From NCBI GenBank assembly GCA_009781625.1, contig WQVI01000002.1, positions 1 through 53,466 of the forward strand: a DNA stretch of 53,466 nucleotides, in the 5' to 3' direction. The notes under the pieces are model-generated. The model had not been told where the DNA came from. It did not search any database and saw only the letters and a list, made by a program, of their open reading frames with translations. Of the stretch, positions 18,639 to 28,584 are shown one piece after another. The translations under genes were made by a program, and so were the position numbers. The stretch's first letter is position 1. Every line of letters begins with the position of its first letter. The stretch comes from Defluviitaleaceae bacterium (lineage in GTDB: Bacteria; Bacillota; Clostridia; Lachnospirales; WRAX01).

Positions 18639-19159
18639 TTCAGATGCTCCCGCTTTTTCCATTTGGGATGTTCATACCACGCCTCTCCGGAAAATTTATT
18701 CCAAGAAACGGTTGAAGAAGAAAACGAAATAGTCATAACATAACCCATGCCGCCATCAAAGCTACCGTCAATATCAAAACGTGCAACATATCTGCCATCT
18801 TCGGCTATTTCATACCCCTTCATGCCCATAATAAAGCAATTGGCAGCTAGTGTGCTTTCTATAATTTCATCATATTCTGCTGGTATGGCAATTTCAGCTC
18901 CTACTGATTTTATTAAAACACCGCCCGCGCCATAAGTTTTATACTCATTAAAAACAATGTCCTCAATAATGGCATTTTCAAAAACAATCCCGGCATCTTC
19001 AACGCACATATCTTTCGTAAAGCTATTTTGAGAATTTTCAGTTGTAGCATTAATTTCAGACATCAGCCATAAAAAATTTTTGCCACGCCATTCCATGGCC
19101 TTTAGATGGGCATCATGATATTCAAAATGGTCTAATTCATTAATTGCTACATACCTCAA
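18635..19159 (-). CDS. Hypothetical protein
   Basis: 174 aa. Translationally coupled to hemW and overlapping the upstream ORF. No motif recognised. Confidence 0.5.
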   Translation of the reverse strand: MRYVAINELDHFEYHDAHLKAMEWRGKNFLWLMSEINATTENSQNSFTKDMCVEDAGIVFENAIIEDIVFNEYKTYGAGGVLIKSVGAEIAIPAEYDEIIESTLAANCFIMGMKGYEIAEDGRYVARFDIDGSFDGGMGYVMTISFSSSTVSWNKFSGEAWYEHPKWKKREHLK

Positions 19160-19508
19160 AATGACATCTCCCTATCAAAATACCCTTCATAAATTCGGTT
19201 TCATTATGCACACGATATGCCACCACAACCTCTTCCTCAGTGCAGCCTATCAAAATTTTTACCTCAGCATCACGCTTTGCCAAATCAACAACACAAATAA
19301 TTGCACCAACCTCACGCGATGGCGCAGAGCCGCACCAAACATCAATGCCGCCGCCGTCCAATGCCGCCGTATCCTTTAGATAGCCATAGTCCAGCGGATA
19401 TATAAAATCAGGATATCGAGGATGGGCACTGCCCTTGGGCCTATCAATAACAATTTCAGATTGCGCTACAAGCGCGTCCAACGCTTGCCAAAAGGCGATA
19501 TCTTTCAT
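19140..19508 (-). CDS. Short inorganic-pyrophosphatase-like protein
   Basis: The pattern IDRPKGS..HPRYP...YPLDYGY...T...DGGGIDVW...V..VVD....D.K.L resembles the family I PPase core. The start is set at MKDIAFW (19508), preceded by AGAGGA. Confidence 0.5.
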   Translation of the reverse strand: MKDIAFWQALDALVAQSEIVIDRPKGSAHPRYPDFIYPLDYGYLKDTAALDGGGIDVWCGSAPSREVGAIICVVDLAKRDAEVKILIGCTEEEVVVAYRVHNETEFMKGILIGRCHFEVCSN

Positions 19509-19536
19509 ATCACAATCCTCTTTAAATAACATCTAT

Positions 19537-20310
19537 TTAATATTTTGCCGCCCTTATAAGTACTTCAAGCATGTCTATTGCTTCTTTTTGGGTTTCCAAA
19601 TATTTTTCGTACTTTTTTCTTACATGGAGAATCTGCTCGCTCTCATTGCATTTATGAAAAACTGCATTATTTATCTTCTCTCTAGTTTCTTCATCTATTT
19701 CTTCATGTTTTCTGAACTGCGTGACAAGCTTATAGATATCTTCTCCACTATTTTGCAATATAGAGGGCAACAGATATTCCACAATAGCTCTAACACTTCT
19801 GTCGAGAGGCTGCCCATTCTCATCAAATATTTCGTTTAGTATATACACCACTTCGTCTACAGGAGAGTGTCTTATTTTTAGGTACTCCTCAATATTGGAG
19901 CGCAGCTCTTCCATTTGTGTGGCAAGGTTTTCAGGAATTTCAAGTTTTCTGCTATCCAGCTTTATTTCGCTCCAAACATTATATTGTGGATAGGGACCTG
20001 AAGGATGTGCCCCCTCATTAAAAGTTATATGAGATGGAAAAGGAGCTTTAACTAAAATGTGACCATGTATTTTCATCAGCTCATCATATAGTGGACGATA
20101 AATCGTTTCTTTCTTTCTCATATTCGCTTGATGCTTTAACTGCTTTGCTTGAACCCAAGTTGAGCCTAAAAGAGTAAAGACACCGCCTACTATCGCACCC
20201 AGTAAAGCCGCAAAAACACCTGTGCTCATAAGCATAACATGAATTATCGCCTCTCTAGTGAAATGCAATGCAAATAAAGCTAAAACTATAGCCACCACTC
20301 TTGTAGACAT
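19537..20310 (-). CDS. Hypothetical membrane-anchored protein (AT-rich gene)
   Basis: 257 aa with two N-terminal TM helices and then a helical, charged soluble region. No motif recognised. It is visibly more AT-rich than its neighbours. Confidence 0.5.
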   Translation of the reverse strand: MSTRVVAIVLALFALHFTREAIIHVMLMSTGVFAALLGAIVGGVFTLLGSTWVQAKQLKHQANMRKKETIYRPLYDELMKIHGHILVKAPFPSHITFNEGAHPSGPYPQYNVWSEIKLDSRKLEIPENLATQMEELRSNIEEYLKIRHSPVDEVVYILNEIFDENGQPLDRSVRAIVEYLLPSILQNSGEDIYKLVTQFRKHEEIDEETREKINNAVFHKCNESEQILHVRKKYEKYLETQKEAIDMLEVLIRAAKY

Positions 20311-20392
20311 AGCAAACCCCTACATGTAAGATTTCAAACCCCAAGAATTTCATTTCTCTCTTGTGTTCTACAATCTATTACAAAATTGCCCT

Positions 20393-22192
20393 CTAATCTT
20401 CATCCAGCTTCAACACCGACATAAACGCAGATTGTGGCAGCTCTACACTACCCACCTGGCGCATCCGTTTTTTGCCCTCTTTTTGCTTTTCAAGCAGCTT
20501 TTTCTTACGGGTGATGTCGCCGCCATAACATTTGGCCGTAACGTCCTTACGCAAGGCCCTCACGGTTTCGCGGGCAACAATTTTGCTACCCACACCGGCT
20601 TGGATAGGTATTTCAAACTGATGGCGCGGTATCTCCAGCTTCAATTTTTCCACAATCTTGCGGCCGCGCTCTGCGGCACTGTCTTTGTGGACGATGAAGG
20701 ACAGGGGGTCCACAATTTCTTTGTTGATATAGGTATCCAGCTTTACCAATGCAGATTCCTTGTAGCCAGTAAGCTCATAATCAAAGGAAGCATAGCCGCG
20801 GCTGCGCGACTTCAGCGCATCAAAAAAGTCATAAATAATCTCATTTAGCGGCATGTCGTAAACCAGCTTTGCCCTGTCTTCTTCGATATAGTCCATGGAC
20901 ACAAAGAGGCCGCGCCGCCCTTGACAAATTTCCATTATGGCCCCAATATACTCGCTAGGCAAAATAATTTCCGCCTTCACGATGGGCTCTTCCATTTTCG
21001 CAATATAACTAGGCTCTGGAAAGTCCGCAGGGTTTGAAATTTGCTTCATACTTCCGTCTGTCAAATGTATTTTATAGTTAACCGAAGGGGCCGTACACAC
21101 CAAATCTAAATTATATTCGCGCTCCAACCTTTCTTGTATAATCTCCAGATGCAAAAGCCCCAAAAAGCCGCAATTAAAGCCAAAACCAAGGGCCATGGAT
21201 GTTACAGGCTCGTAAAACAGTGAAGCATCATTTAATATCAACTTCTCCAGCGCGTCCCGCAAATCCGGATACTTACTGCGGTCAGCCGGAAAAATGGATG
21301 AAAACACCATGGGCGTTGCTTTCTTATAACCAGGAAACGGCTTGTCCGTGGGGTTCTCCGCATGTGTCACCGTATCACCAGGCAGCGTGTCCGCCACATT
21401 TTTGATGCTGGCTGTAAAATACCCAACCTCGCCCGCGGAAAGCTGGCCCGTTGGAACAAAATTTCCAGGCGCAAGCATCCCAACCTCTATAACCTCATAA
21501 TCCTTCCCGCTGCCCATAAAGCGTATCGTCTCGCCCTTTTTCAGCGTGCCATCAAAAACCCGCACAAAAACAATAACGCCTTTATAAGAATCAAACAAAC
21601 TATCAAAAATAAGCGCGCGAAGGCTGCCATCCGTGCTGCCCGTAGGCGGCGGCACATCCTTAATAATACGCTCAAACACCGCCTCAATATTAAGCCCCGT
21701 CTTAGCAGATATCAACGGCGCATCATCCGCCACAATACCAATGATGTCTTCCACCTGTTTTATCACCCGCGGCGGGTCTGCCGCCGGCAAATCTACCTTG
21801 TTTATCACAGGCACAATCTCCAAGCCCTCATCAATGGCCAAATACACATTGGCCAGCGTCTGGGCCTGCACACCCTGTGCCGCATCCACCACCAAAACAG
21901 CACCCTCACACGCCGCCAACGACCTGCTAACCTCATAATTAAAATCCACATGTCCCGGCGTGTCTATCAAATTAAGCGTATATTCCTGCCCATCAGCCGC
22001 GCGATAAATAAGCCGCACCGCCTGGGCCTTAATGGTAATACCCCGCTCGCGCTCCAAATCCATATTATCCAGCACCTGGGCCTGCATCTCCCTCTCCGTC
22101 AGCAACCCAGAATTCTGTATAAGCCTGTCCGCCAGCGTAGACTTTCCATGGTCTATATGGGCAATTATCGAAAAATTCCTAATATTTTGCAT
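20393..22192 (-). CDS. lepA: Translation elongation factor 4
   Basis: G1 reads AHIDHGKST, followed by DTPGH and NKVDL, with the LepA-specific C-terminal domain. The start is set at MQNIRNF after GAGGAGAAAC. Confidence 0.95.
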   Translation of the reverse strand: MQNIRNFSIIAHIDHGKSTLADRLIQNSGLLTEREMQAQVLDNMDLERERGITIKAQAVRLIYRAADGQEYTLNLIDTPGHVDFNYEVSRSLAACEGAVLVVDAAQGVQAQTLANVYLAIDEGLEIVPVINKVDLPAADPPRVIKQVEDIIGIVADDAPLISAKTGLNIEAVFERIIKDVPPPTGSTDGSLRALIFDSLFDSYKGVIVFVRVFDGTLKKGETIRFMGSGKDYEVIEVGMLAPGNFVPTGQLSAGEVGYFTASIKNVADTLPGDTVTHAENPTDKPFPGYKKATPMVFSSIFPADRSKYPDLRDALEKLILNDASLFYEPVTSMALGFGFNCGFLGLLHLEIIQERLEREYNLDLVCTAPSVNYKIHLTDGSMKQISNPADFPEPSYIAKMEEPIVKAEIILPSEYIGAIMEICQGRRGLFVSMDYIEEDRAKLVYDMPLNEIIYDFFDALKSRSRGYASFDYELTGYKESALVKLDTYINKEIVDPLSFIVHKDSAAERGRKIVEKLKLEIPRHQFEIPIQAGVGSKIVARETVRALRKDVTAKCYGGDITRKKKLLEKQKEGKKRMRQVGSVELPQSAFMSVLKLDED

Positions 22193-22294
22193 GTTTCTCC
22201 TCTTTCTCACTTTGTTAGTCCTGTATATTCTACCAAAAAACTTTGTAAATTACAACAAAATTGTTTTGCCGCCTCATCATTACGGCTTCCGCCC

Positions 22295-22546
22295 TCAATC
22301 CCCACAATTTTCCTTCAACAACTCATCATACGTCGTCCGCAAAACATCCCGTATCCCACGCAATTGCGACGCCTGCACATGCTGTATGCCCCTCTCTATC
22401 TTCACCAGCGTCTCCCGCGTCATGTCCACACCCAAAAGCTGCAAGCGCGTTACCATCTGCGTTTGCCCAAAACCCCGCGCCTTGCGTATCGCCCTAATGT
22501 TTGCGCCAATATGTATCCTGCCATCCTGTTTTATCTTTTGCTCCAT
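22295..22546 (-). CDS. XRE-family HTH transcriptional regulator
   Basis: 83 aa. The HTH_3 pattern reads IGANIRAIRKARGFGQTQMVTRLQLLGVDMTRETLVKIERG. Confidence 0.7.
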   Translation of the reverse strand: MEQKIKQDGRIHIGANIRAIRKARGFGQTQMVTRLQLLGVDMTRETLVKIERGIQHVQASQLRGIRDVLRTTYDELLKENCGD

Positions 22547-22641
22547 AATGCCACTCCTTGCGGACTAAAATTGGTCCATATTTTTCTTGATTCTACAGGA
22601 AGCATATGATATAATAGGACTGATATTAGTCCAAAATTGAA

Positions 22642-23397
22642 ATGGAGGAGAATTTTATGAGAAAAACAATCTTAACCTTTATGGCAGGTGTTTTGCTTGC
22701 CACTATTGCTTCATCTACGGCATTGATGGCAAGTCCCGAGATGAGACAACTTTTTTTCGGAGTTAATGTAGTGGTAGACGGCAGGCCATTGCAACTGGAC
22801 GGTATCGACAGACCCTTTATTATGGATGGCAGAACATTTTTGCCTGTAAGCGTGATTGCTCGGGAACTTGGTGTTCCTACAACATGGGACGGCGATACAA
22901 TGACTGTTTTTGTCGGACAGATTGCTGGTATGCCAGATAACCATTTGCATAATATCCAGCATACGAATGTTGTAAGAGGTCGTACTAGTCATGGCGTTGA
23001 ACGAATTACAAATCCTATAACGGACATACAAGGCAATGTGCATACAAATGGCATTAATTTACGGTAATCCCCGGCAGGCGGTGCCTGGAGCCTAATACAA
23101 AATGATCCTGATAGGGCTGCAATAATTGTTGACTATCCATTAAACAGCCGATATAGCACGCTAAGCGGAAATATCACTGTTTCGGGAGCTACAAGAGGCG
23201 CACCTTCAGGGAGCCCTGTTGATATTATGTTTATAGGCGATGGTAGGCTTATTCATACGGCGGTTCATGTAACTTCAACATCATCTCAGAATTTTTCAAT
23301 ATCGGTTGCCGGCGTTAATACACTAACAATCAAGCTTGTACCGCAAGACTTTTGGAGCACGGATGTTGCCCTAACTGACCTTGGCCTATTCAGATAA
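22642..23397 (+). pseudogene. Stalk-domain (copper amine oxidase N-terminal-like) secreted protein interrupted by one in-frame TAA
   Basis: The ORF 22642-23067 carries a signal peptide and DGRTFLPVSVIARELGVPTTWDG. It ends at TAA 23065-23067. The same frame stays open for 110 more codons to TAA 23395-23397. That stretch encodes a beta-rich domain (...YPLNSRYSTLSGNITVSG...NTLTIKLVP...TDLGLFR). Confidence 0.5.
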
Positions 23398-23472
23398 CTC
23401 TGCAAGATTTTCATAGCATAGGTGTCGCTCTTAAAAGCCTTGATCTTTTCAGAAAATTTTATAGTTGCGATT

Positions 23473-23512
23473 AAAAAGCCGCCGCAGGCACAAAGCCACG
23501 GCGGTTTTTTTA
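23473..23512 (+). terminator. Intrinsic terminator
   Basis: The sequence AAAAAGCCGCCG...CGGCGGTTTTTTTATTT forms a GC stem followed by a T-run. Confidence 0.55.
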
Positions 23513-23544
23513 TTTACGCACAATTTTTATTTTCCATAACGATA

Positions 23545-23573
23545 TTGCAGATTTGCCTTCAATTGTGTATAAT
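23545..23573 (+). promoter_or_regulatory. Putative sigma-A promoter of the PBP5-like gene
   Basis: TTGCAG (23545-23550), 17 nt, TATAAT (23568-23573). Confidence 0.45.
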
Positions 23574-23605
23574 TGATATAATATGCTTGCAGGAGGGTTG
23601 CGGAA

Positions 23606-25009
23606 ATGGATATTTTCAAGAGAATATGCGCTTTTTTCATGATATTGCTGTTTATTGCCGCGCCCCCAGAGGTTTTTGCATCCGAGGCGGCTGAGGTACA
23701 CGCCGCGGCCCACATTTTGATAGAGGCCCACGACGGCCGCATCCTTTCAGAGCATGAGGCCCACAGGCGCATGTACCCTGCCGCCACCACCATGATTTTA
23801 ACCGCCATCTTGGCCTACGAGCATATAGGCCTTGACGAAATTCTTATCGCGGGCAATGAGGTGACGATGCTGCCGCCGGGTAGCGCGCGCAATTTCCACG
23901 AGCCCGGTGAGGCTATCCTGGGCATAAACCTTTTGCGCGGGATGCTGATAGGCTCCGGTAATGATACGGCCAATATCGTGGTGCTAGAGGTAGCGCGACG
24001 CGCGTCAGGCAATGAAAATATGCCTTTTAACCAGGCTTTGCTTACATTTTCAAATTTGATGACGCAACGGGCAAGAGAGCTTGGCGCGCTGGATTCTAAT
24101 TTTGTAAATCCCCATGGATATCACCATGATAATCACTATACCACTGCATACGACATGGCGCAAATTGCGCGCCATGCCATGAGCATCCCCACAATTGCCC
24201 AAATTGCGGGGCAGGCCACTTTTTCGGGCCCCATGGCAGGCGACGGGATTGGTGTGCCTGATGGGGCATTGCGCCTTTCGCGCACATGGCGCTCTCCCAA
24301 TGAATTAATTCACATGGGCGAGCATCATTATCCCTACGCCATAGGGCTGCGCACAGGCAGGACGGATCATGCGGGAGATTCCCTTGTGGCCGCCGCCGCC
24401 CGTGATGGCGTAACCCTTATTTCGGTCACTTTTAATTCGCCTGAGATTGATTATGCCCCCACAAGATGGCAAGACAATGTTAATTTATTTGAATTTGGCT
24501 TTGAAAACTTTGCCCATCGCACATTTTTAGAGGCAAATACCGTCATTGGCGAAATGCAAATTTACGACCCCCAGCTGGATGACGATGGCATTTTGGAGTT
24601 TTTCTCCGCGGTCCGAGGTATGCTTTTTTTAAGCCGGGAAGAGGCGGCGCGCTTACAAAGAGAGATCGCGTTTGAACCCGATGTTGTTATATATGATGAG
24701 GAATATGGGCAGATGTTTGTGGCACCCGTAGAGGAAGGCGCGGCCATTGGCAACGTATCGTATACCTTGGATGGCGAGGTGGTGTTTACCGCCGCCATAT
24801 ACGCTTCCCGCTATGTGCCCCTGCGCACCACCGCATCCGATATAGACTTTTACATGACCCGCGTAAATGAAATCTTTTTCTCAACTTCGTCCATACCGTT
24901 TTGGATTGCGGGCGTGTCAGTTTTAATTTTGCTTATCGTGCTGATAACCATGGCGCGAAATGCCAGAAAGCGTAAAAAGAGCAATTATAAATACAATTGG
25001 AGATATTAG
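23606..25009 (+). CDS. Peptidase S11 (PBP5/DacB-like) homologue with substituted catalytic residues
   Basis: 467 aa with a signal peptide and a C-terminal TM anchor. It aligns by eye to E. coli PBP5. SxxK is replaced by AATTM (YPAATTMILT), SGN is retained (GSGNDT), and KTG is replaced by RTG (GLRTGRTDHAG). Confidence 0.8.
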   Translation: MDIFKRICAFFMILLFIAAPPEVFASEAAEVHAAAHILIEAHDGRILSEHEAHRRMYPAATTMILTAILAYEHIGLDEILIAGNEVTMLPPGSARNFHEPGEAILGINLLRGMLIGSGNDTANIVVLEVARRASGNENMPFNQALLTFSNLMTQRARELGALDSNFVNPHGYHHDNHYTTAYDMAQIARHAMSIPTIAQIAGQATFSGPMAGDGIGVPDGALRLSRTWRSPNELIHMGEHHYPYAIGLRTGRTDHAGDSLVAAAARDGVTLISVTFNSPEIDYAPTRWQDNVNLFEFGFENFAHRTFLEANTVIGEMQIYDPQLDDDGILEFFSAVRGMLFLSREEAARLQREIAFEPDVVIYDEEYGQMFVAPVEEGAAIGNVSYTLDGEVVFTAAIYASRYVPLRTTASDIDFYMTRVNEIFFSTSSIPFWIAGVSVLILLIVLITMARNARKRKKSNYKYNWRY

Positions 25010-25022
25010 GAGGGCTTGACAT

Positions 25023-25472
25023 ATGAAGGTTATCTTGTTGGAAGACGTAAAGGGTGTTGGCAAAAAAGACCAAATTATTAATGCCGCGGACGGATATGTA
25101 CGCAACTTTCTTTTCCCTAAAAAACTGGCACTAGAAGCCAACAAAGCTAATTTAGCCATGCTTGAAAAGAAAAAGAAGGGCGCAGAGGCGCAAAGGATAA
25201 AAAACCTGGAAGATGCCCGTGCCATGAAGGCTGTGCTGGAAGAAAAAACCTTACAAATTTCGCAAAAAACAGGCGATGCCGGCAGGCTGTTTGGTTCTGT
25301 TACCAATAAGGAAGTAGCCCAAATGCTGTTGGAGCAAGAAGGCATTGATGTTGACCGCAAAAAAATCACGATACCCGAAGCCATAAAGACAGTGGGAGAA
25401 CATATCGCCGAAATACGGCTGCATACAGATGTCACAGCCATCTTGAAGCTGGAAATTAAAAGCCTTAACTAG
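25023..25472 (+). CDS. rplI: 50S ribosomal protein L9
   Basis: The sequence [36 protein letters not shown] is the canonical L9 N-domain. 149 aa. Confidence 0.95.
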   Translation: MKVILLEDVKGVGKKDQIINAADGYVRNFLFPKKLALEANKANLAMLEKKKKGAEAQRIKNLEDARAMKAVLEEKTLQISQKTGDAGRLFGSVTNKEVAQMLLEQEGIDVDRKKITIPEAIKTVGEHIAEIRLHTDVTAILKLEIKSLN

Positions 25473-25484
25473 GAGAACGATAAT

Positions 25485-26273
25485 ATGAGCTATGTGAAAG
25501 ATAATAAACTTGCTTGGGAAGAAAGCTTTGAAAACCGCAAGCAAAATTGGGGCGAAGATAATTATATAAGGCTGAAAAATGAAAAACTACCCTTTTTCAA
25601 TGCCGATATGAAGGCAGAGCTTGAAAAGATTGATTTTCGCGGAAAAACGGTGGCGCAATTTTGCTGCAATAATGGGCGCGAGCTTTTATCCCTTATGGGA
25701 CTTGGCGTTTCATCCGCTGTTGGCTTCGATATCGCAGAAAACATAATCGCCCAAGCAAAAGACACCGCCACAAAGGCAGACATACAAAATTGCGAATTTG
25801 TAGCCTGTAATATATTGGACATCCCTGATAAATATCACGGTCAATTTGACATATTGCTTCTTACAGTTGGCGCGATATGCTGGTTTGAGGATCTAAACCC
25901 ATTTTTCAACATGGCTTCAAAATGCCTGAAAGACAACGGCATATTGATTATCAACGAGATACACCCCTTTGAAAATATGCTTCCTGTCCCGGGCGAAGAG
26001 GCATTTGACGCGAGCAATCTTAATAAATTTGCATATTCATATTTCAGAAAAGAGCCATGGATTGAAAATAGCGGAATGGGCTATATATCCGGAGAATTTA
26101 AATCCAAGACATTCACCAGCTTTTCCCACACCCTGTCCGACATCATAAATGCCCTATCCGCAAACGGACTGAAAACAACAAGGCTTCAAGAATACGATTA
26201 TGATATTGGGCTGACGGATGTGTATGACAACAAAGGGTTTCCTCTCTCGCTTATCCTTATTGCAGAGAAATAA
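25485..26273 (+). CDS. Class I SAM-dependent methyltransferase-like protein
   Basis: 262 aa. A motif I-like segment reads VAQFCCNNGRE..., followed by an acidic residue at the end of beta2 (GFDIAENII) and the typical Rossmann spacing. Confidence 0.65.
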   Translation: MSYVKDNKLAWEESFENRKQNWGEDNYIRLKNEKLPFFNADMKAELEKIDFRGKTVAQFCCNNGRELLSLMGLGVSSAVGFDIAENIIAQAKDTATKADIQNCEFVACNILDIPDKYHGQFDILLLTVGAICWFEDLNPFFNMASKCLKDNGILIINEIHPFENMLPVPGEEAFDASNLNKFAYSYFRKEPWIENSGMGYISGEFKSKTFTSFSHTLSDIINALSANGLKTTRLQEYDYDIGLTDVYDNKGFPLSLILIAEK

Positions 26274-26326
26274 GAACCAGTCCTGGCAGAACAAAGGAGG
26301 CGTTTCCCATTTGGGTATTTTGGATT

Positions 26327-26596
26327 TTGAATATATTGGCAATTCTTACTATTATTTTTTCATGGTTTTGCAATAAATTTAAGTTTCGCATAACGTCACT
26401 CATTATCTATATCTTATCCATCATGCCTTCCGTCGGCGTTTTCGCCGTTATGATTTACGACCAATTTTTCCACATAAGCAGAGGTGTGCCCGGACATCAA
26501 TATTTAATTTTAATGCTAACCCCTGTGGCAATGTTTGTATCCATAGGCCATATATGCCACATAGTGCATATAAAACGAGAAAGAGCAAAGAAATAG
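26327..26596 (+). CDS. Small membrane protein, hypothetical (TTG start uncertain)
   Basis: 89 aa with 3 hydrophobic helices. There is no convincing ribosome-binding site at the track start. Confidence 0.35.
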   Translation: MNILAILTIIFSWFCNKFKFRITSLIIYILSIMPSVGVFAVMIYDQFFHISRGVPGHQYLILMLTPVAMFVSIGHICHIVHIKRERAKK

Positions 26597-26606
26597 GAGA
26601 TATCAA

Positions 26607-27146
26607 ATGCGCGTTTGCATACTTATGGGCAGCCCAAAGCCAAATGGCAACACAGCAAAGCTTTGCAAGCCCTTTATCCATGAATTAGAATTACATAAAG
26701 CCGAAGTTGAATATATCCCCCTTCACGGCAAAAATGTAGCATCCTGCATTGGGTGTATGCGTTGCCAAGATGTTGAGGGCGAATATGGCTGCGTGCTACA
26801 AGACGATATGCAGGCCATCGTCCAAAACATTTTGCGGGCCGACGCTTTGGTATATGCCACACCAATATACACGTGGCAAGCAACGCCACCGCTAAAGGCT
26901 GTTATGGACAGAATGTTTGGCCTAAACAAATTTTACGGCAGGTTACCTCGCGAAACCCTTAATAAAACCAAGGCCGTCGGCCTTATTACCACATGCGGCT
27001 ATGCTCCGGAATATGCCGCCGACCTCCTAGATGAGGCTGTTAAGCGATGGTGCAAACATTCCGGCATCCCTTATGTCGGCATGTACGCCGTGAGAGATGA
27101 TAATATTGACGATTTAGCAGCAAAAAGGTGCCATGGATTTTGCTAA
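26607..27146 (+). CDS. Flavodoxin-like fold NAD(P)H-dependent FMN reductase / iron-sulfur flavoprotein family
   Basis: It has MRVCILMGSPKPNGNT (the FMN-binding loop) and a CIGCMRC cluster. AGGAGATATCAA precedes the ATG. Confidence 0.7.
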   Translation: MRVCILMGSPKPNGNTAKLCKPFIHELELHKAEVEYIPLHGKNVASCIGCMRCQDVEGEYGCVLQDDMQAIVQNILRADALVYATPIYTWQATPPLKAVMDRMFGLNKFYGRLPRETLNKTKAVGLITTCGYAPEYAADLLDEAVKRWCKHSGIPYVGMYAVRDDNIDDLAAKRCHGFC

Positions 27147-27195
27147 CACCGTCATTGCTGCATTAAAATAATAAAAATTCGGAAGTGAAATTGAT

Positions 27196-28569
27196 ATGGA
27201 AGAATATTCAGACCAAATACAGCGGCCCATGCCCCGCGATGAAGCGGCAGAGCTGGCCGTAATAAGCTCTATGATATTTGATGCCGAGGCCCTGATATCA
27301 GGGGCAGAATTTGTGCGTCCCGAGGACTTTTACAGGCTGGATTACCGCCTTGTCTTCCAGGCCCTGCTGGATTTACACAACATCGGCACACCTGTAGACC
27401 TGATAACGCTGCGCAATAAGCTGGAAGAGCGCGAAGCCTTCGACAAAGTAGGCGGTGCCGAGGCCCTTGCCGCCATTGCATCCTCGGTATCCACATCCGC
27501 CAATATCAAACAGTATATCAAGATAGTGCTGGACCGCTCCATGCAGCGCAAGCTCATCTTGGCATCAAATGAAATTCAAAATGACAGCTACGCGGGCACA
27601 AAGTCCGTTGACAGCATTTTGGACGATGCCGAAAGTGCCATTTTCTCCATAGCAGAAAAACGCCACACCCTGGGCTTCATCCACATCAACGATGCCCTGC
27701 TTTCATCTATCGCCGTCATCGAAAAAGCCTACAAACAGGGCAGCAAGATAACGGGCATAGAAAGCGGCTTTACAGATTTAGACCTAAAGACAGCCGGCTT
27801 TCACCCATCAGACCTTATTTTGATAGCCGCACGCCCATCCATGGGCAAAACCGCCATAGCCCTTAACATGGTGGCCCACGCCGCAATACATACGGGCGTG
27901 CCAACCGCCATTTTCTCACTGGAAATGAGCAAAGAGCAACTGGCCAACCGCCTTATCGCTTCTGAGGCCCGCGTGGACGCGGGTAGACTGCGCAATGGGC
28001 AGCTAGACCCCACGGACTGGGCCGCCATAGCAGAATCCCTTGGCCCTCTGTCCACAGCACCCATCTTCATTGACGATACACCGGGCATAACCGTCCCTCA
28101 GCTGCGCAGCAAATGCCGCAAACTAAAGCTGGAGCACGGCCTAGGCCTTATTGTAATAGATTATTTGCAGCTGATGTCAGGCACCAGCAGCAGCGGTGGT
28201 GGCTTTGCATCCCGCCAGCAAGAAATTTCCGAAATATCCCGCGCGCTAAAAGCCTTAGCCCGCGAAATGGATGCCCCCGTGATAGCATTATCCCAGCTTT
28301 CCCGCGCACCGGAATCCCGAAGCGACCGCAGACCCATCCTCTCCGACCTGCGCGAATCCGGCGCAATAGAGCAAGATGCAGATCTGGTATGCTTCATCTA
28401 CCGTGACGAATACTACAACCCCGATACCGAACGACCCGGCGTTGCGGAAGTTATAATAGCCAAGCAAAGAAATGGCGCAACAGGCACCATAGAATTAATG
28501 TATCAAGGCAACTATGTCCGCTTTGTAAATTTAGAGCAGTCCGAAAGTTCGGGCTATGCACCGTTTTAA
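27196..28569 (+). CDS. dnaB: Replicative DNA helicase
   Basis: 457 aa. Walker A reads ARPSMGKTA, Walker B reads IVIDYLQL, and SQLSR and RESGAIEQDAD are present. Confidence 0.95.
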   Translation: MEEYSDQIQRPMPRDEAAELAVISSMIFDAEALISGAEFVRPEDFYRLDYRLVFQALLDLHNIGTPVDLITLRNKLEEREAFDKVGGAEALAAIASSVSTSANIKQYIKIVLDRSMQRKLILASNEIQNDSYAGTKSVDSILDDAESAIFSIAEKRHTLGFIHINDALLSSIAVIEKAYKQGSKITGIESGFTDLDLKTAGFHPSDLILIAARPSMGKTAIALNMVAHAAIHTGVPTAIFSLEMSKEQLANRLIASEARVDAGRLRNGQLDPTDWAAIAESLGPLSTAPIFIDDTPGITVPQLRSKCRKLKLEHGLGLIVIDYLQLMSGTSSSGGGFASRQQEISEISRALKALAREMDAPVIALSQLSRAPESRSDRRPILSDLRESGAIEQDADLVCFIYRDEYYNPDTERPGVAEVIIAKQRNGATGTIELMYQGNYVRFVNLEQSESSGYAPF

Positions 28570-28584
28570 ACGAGGTCTATAATA

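Noticed and set aside
21362-22609. 415-aa plus-strand ORF (plus 21633-21938 and 22032-22568)
   Set aside because: It is entirely antisense to lepA and the XRE gene. It has Arg/His/Leu/Pro-rich low-complexity composition, no ribosome-binding site, and a far better-supported gene on the opposite strand.
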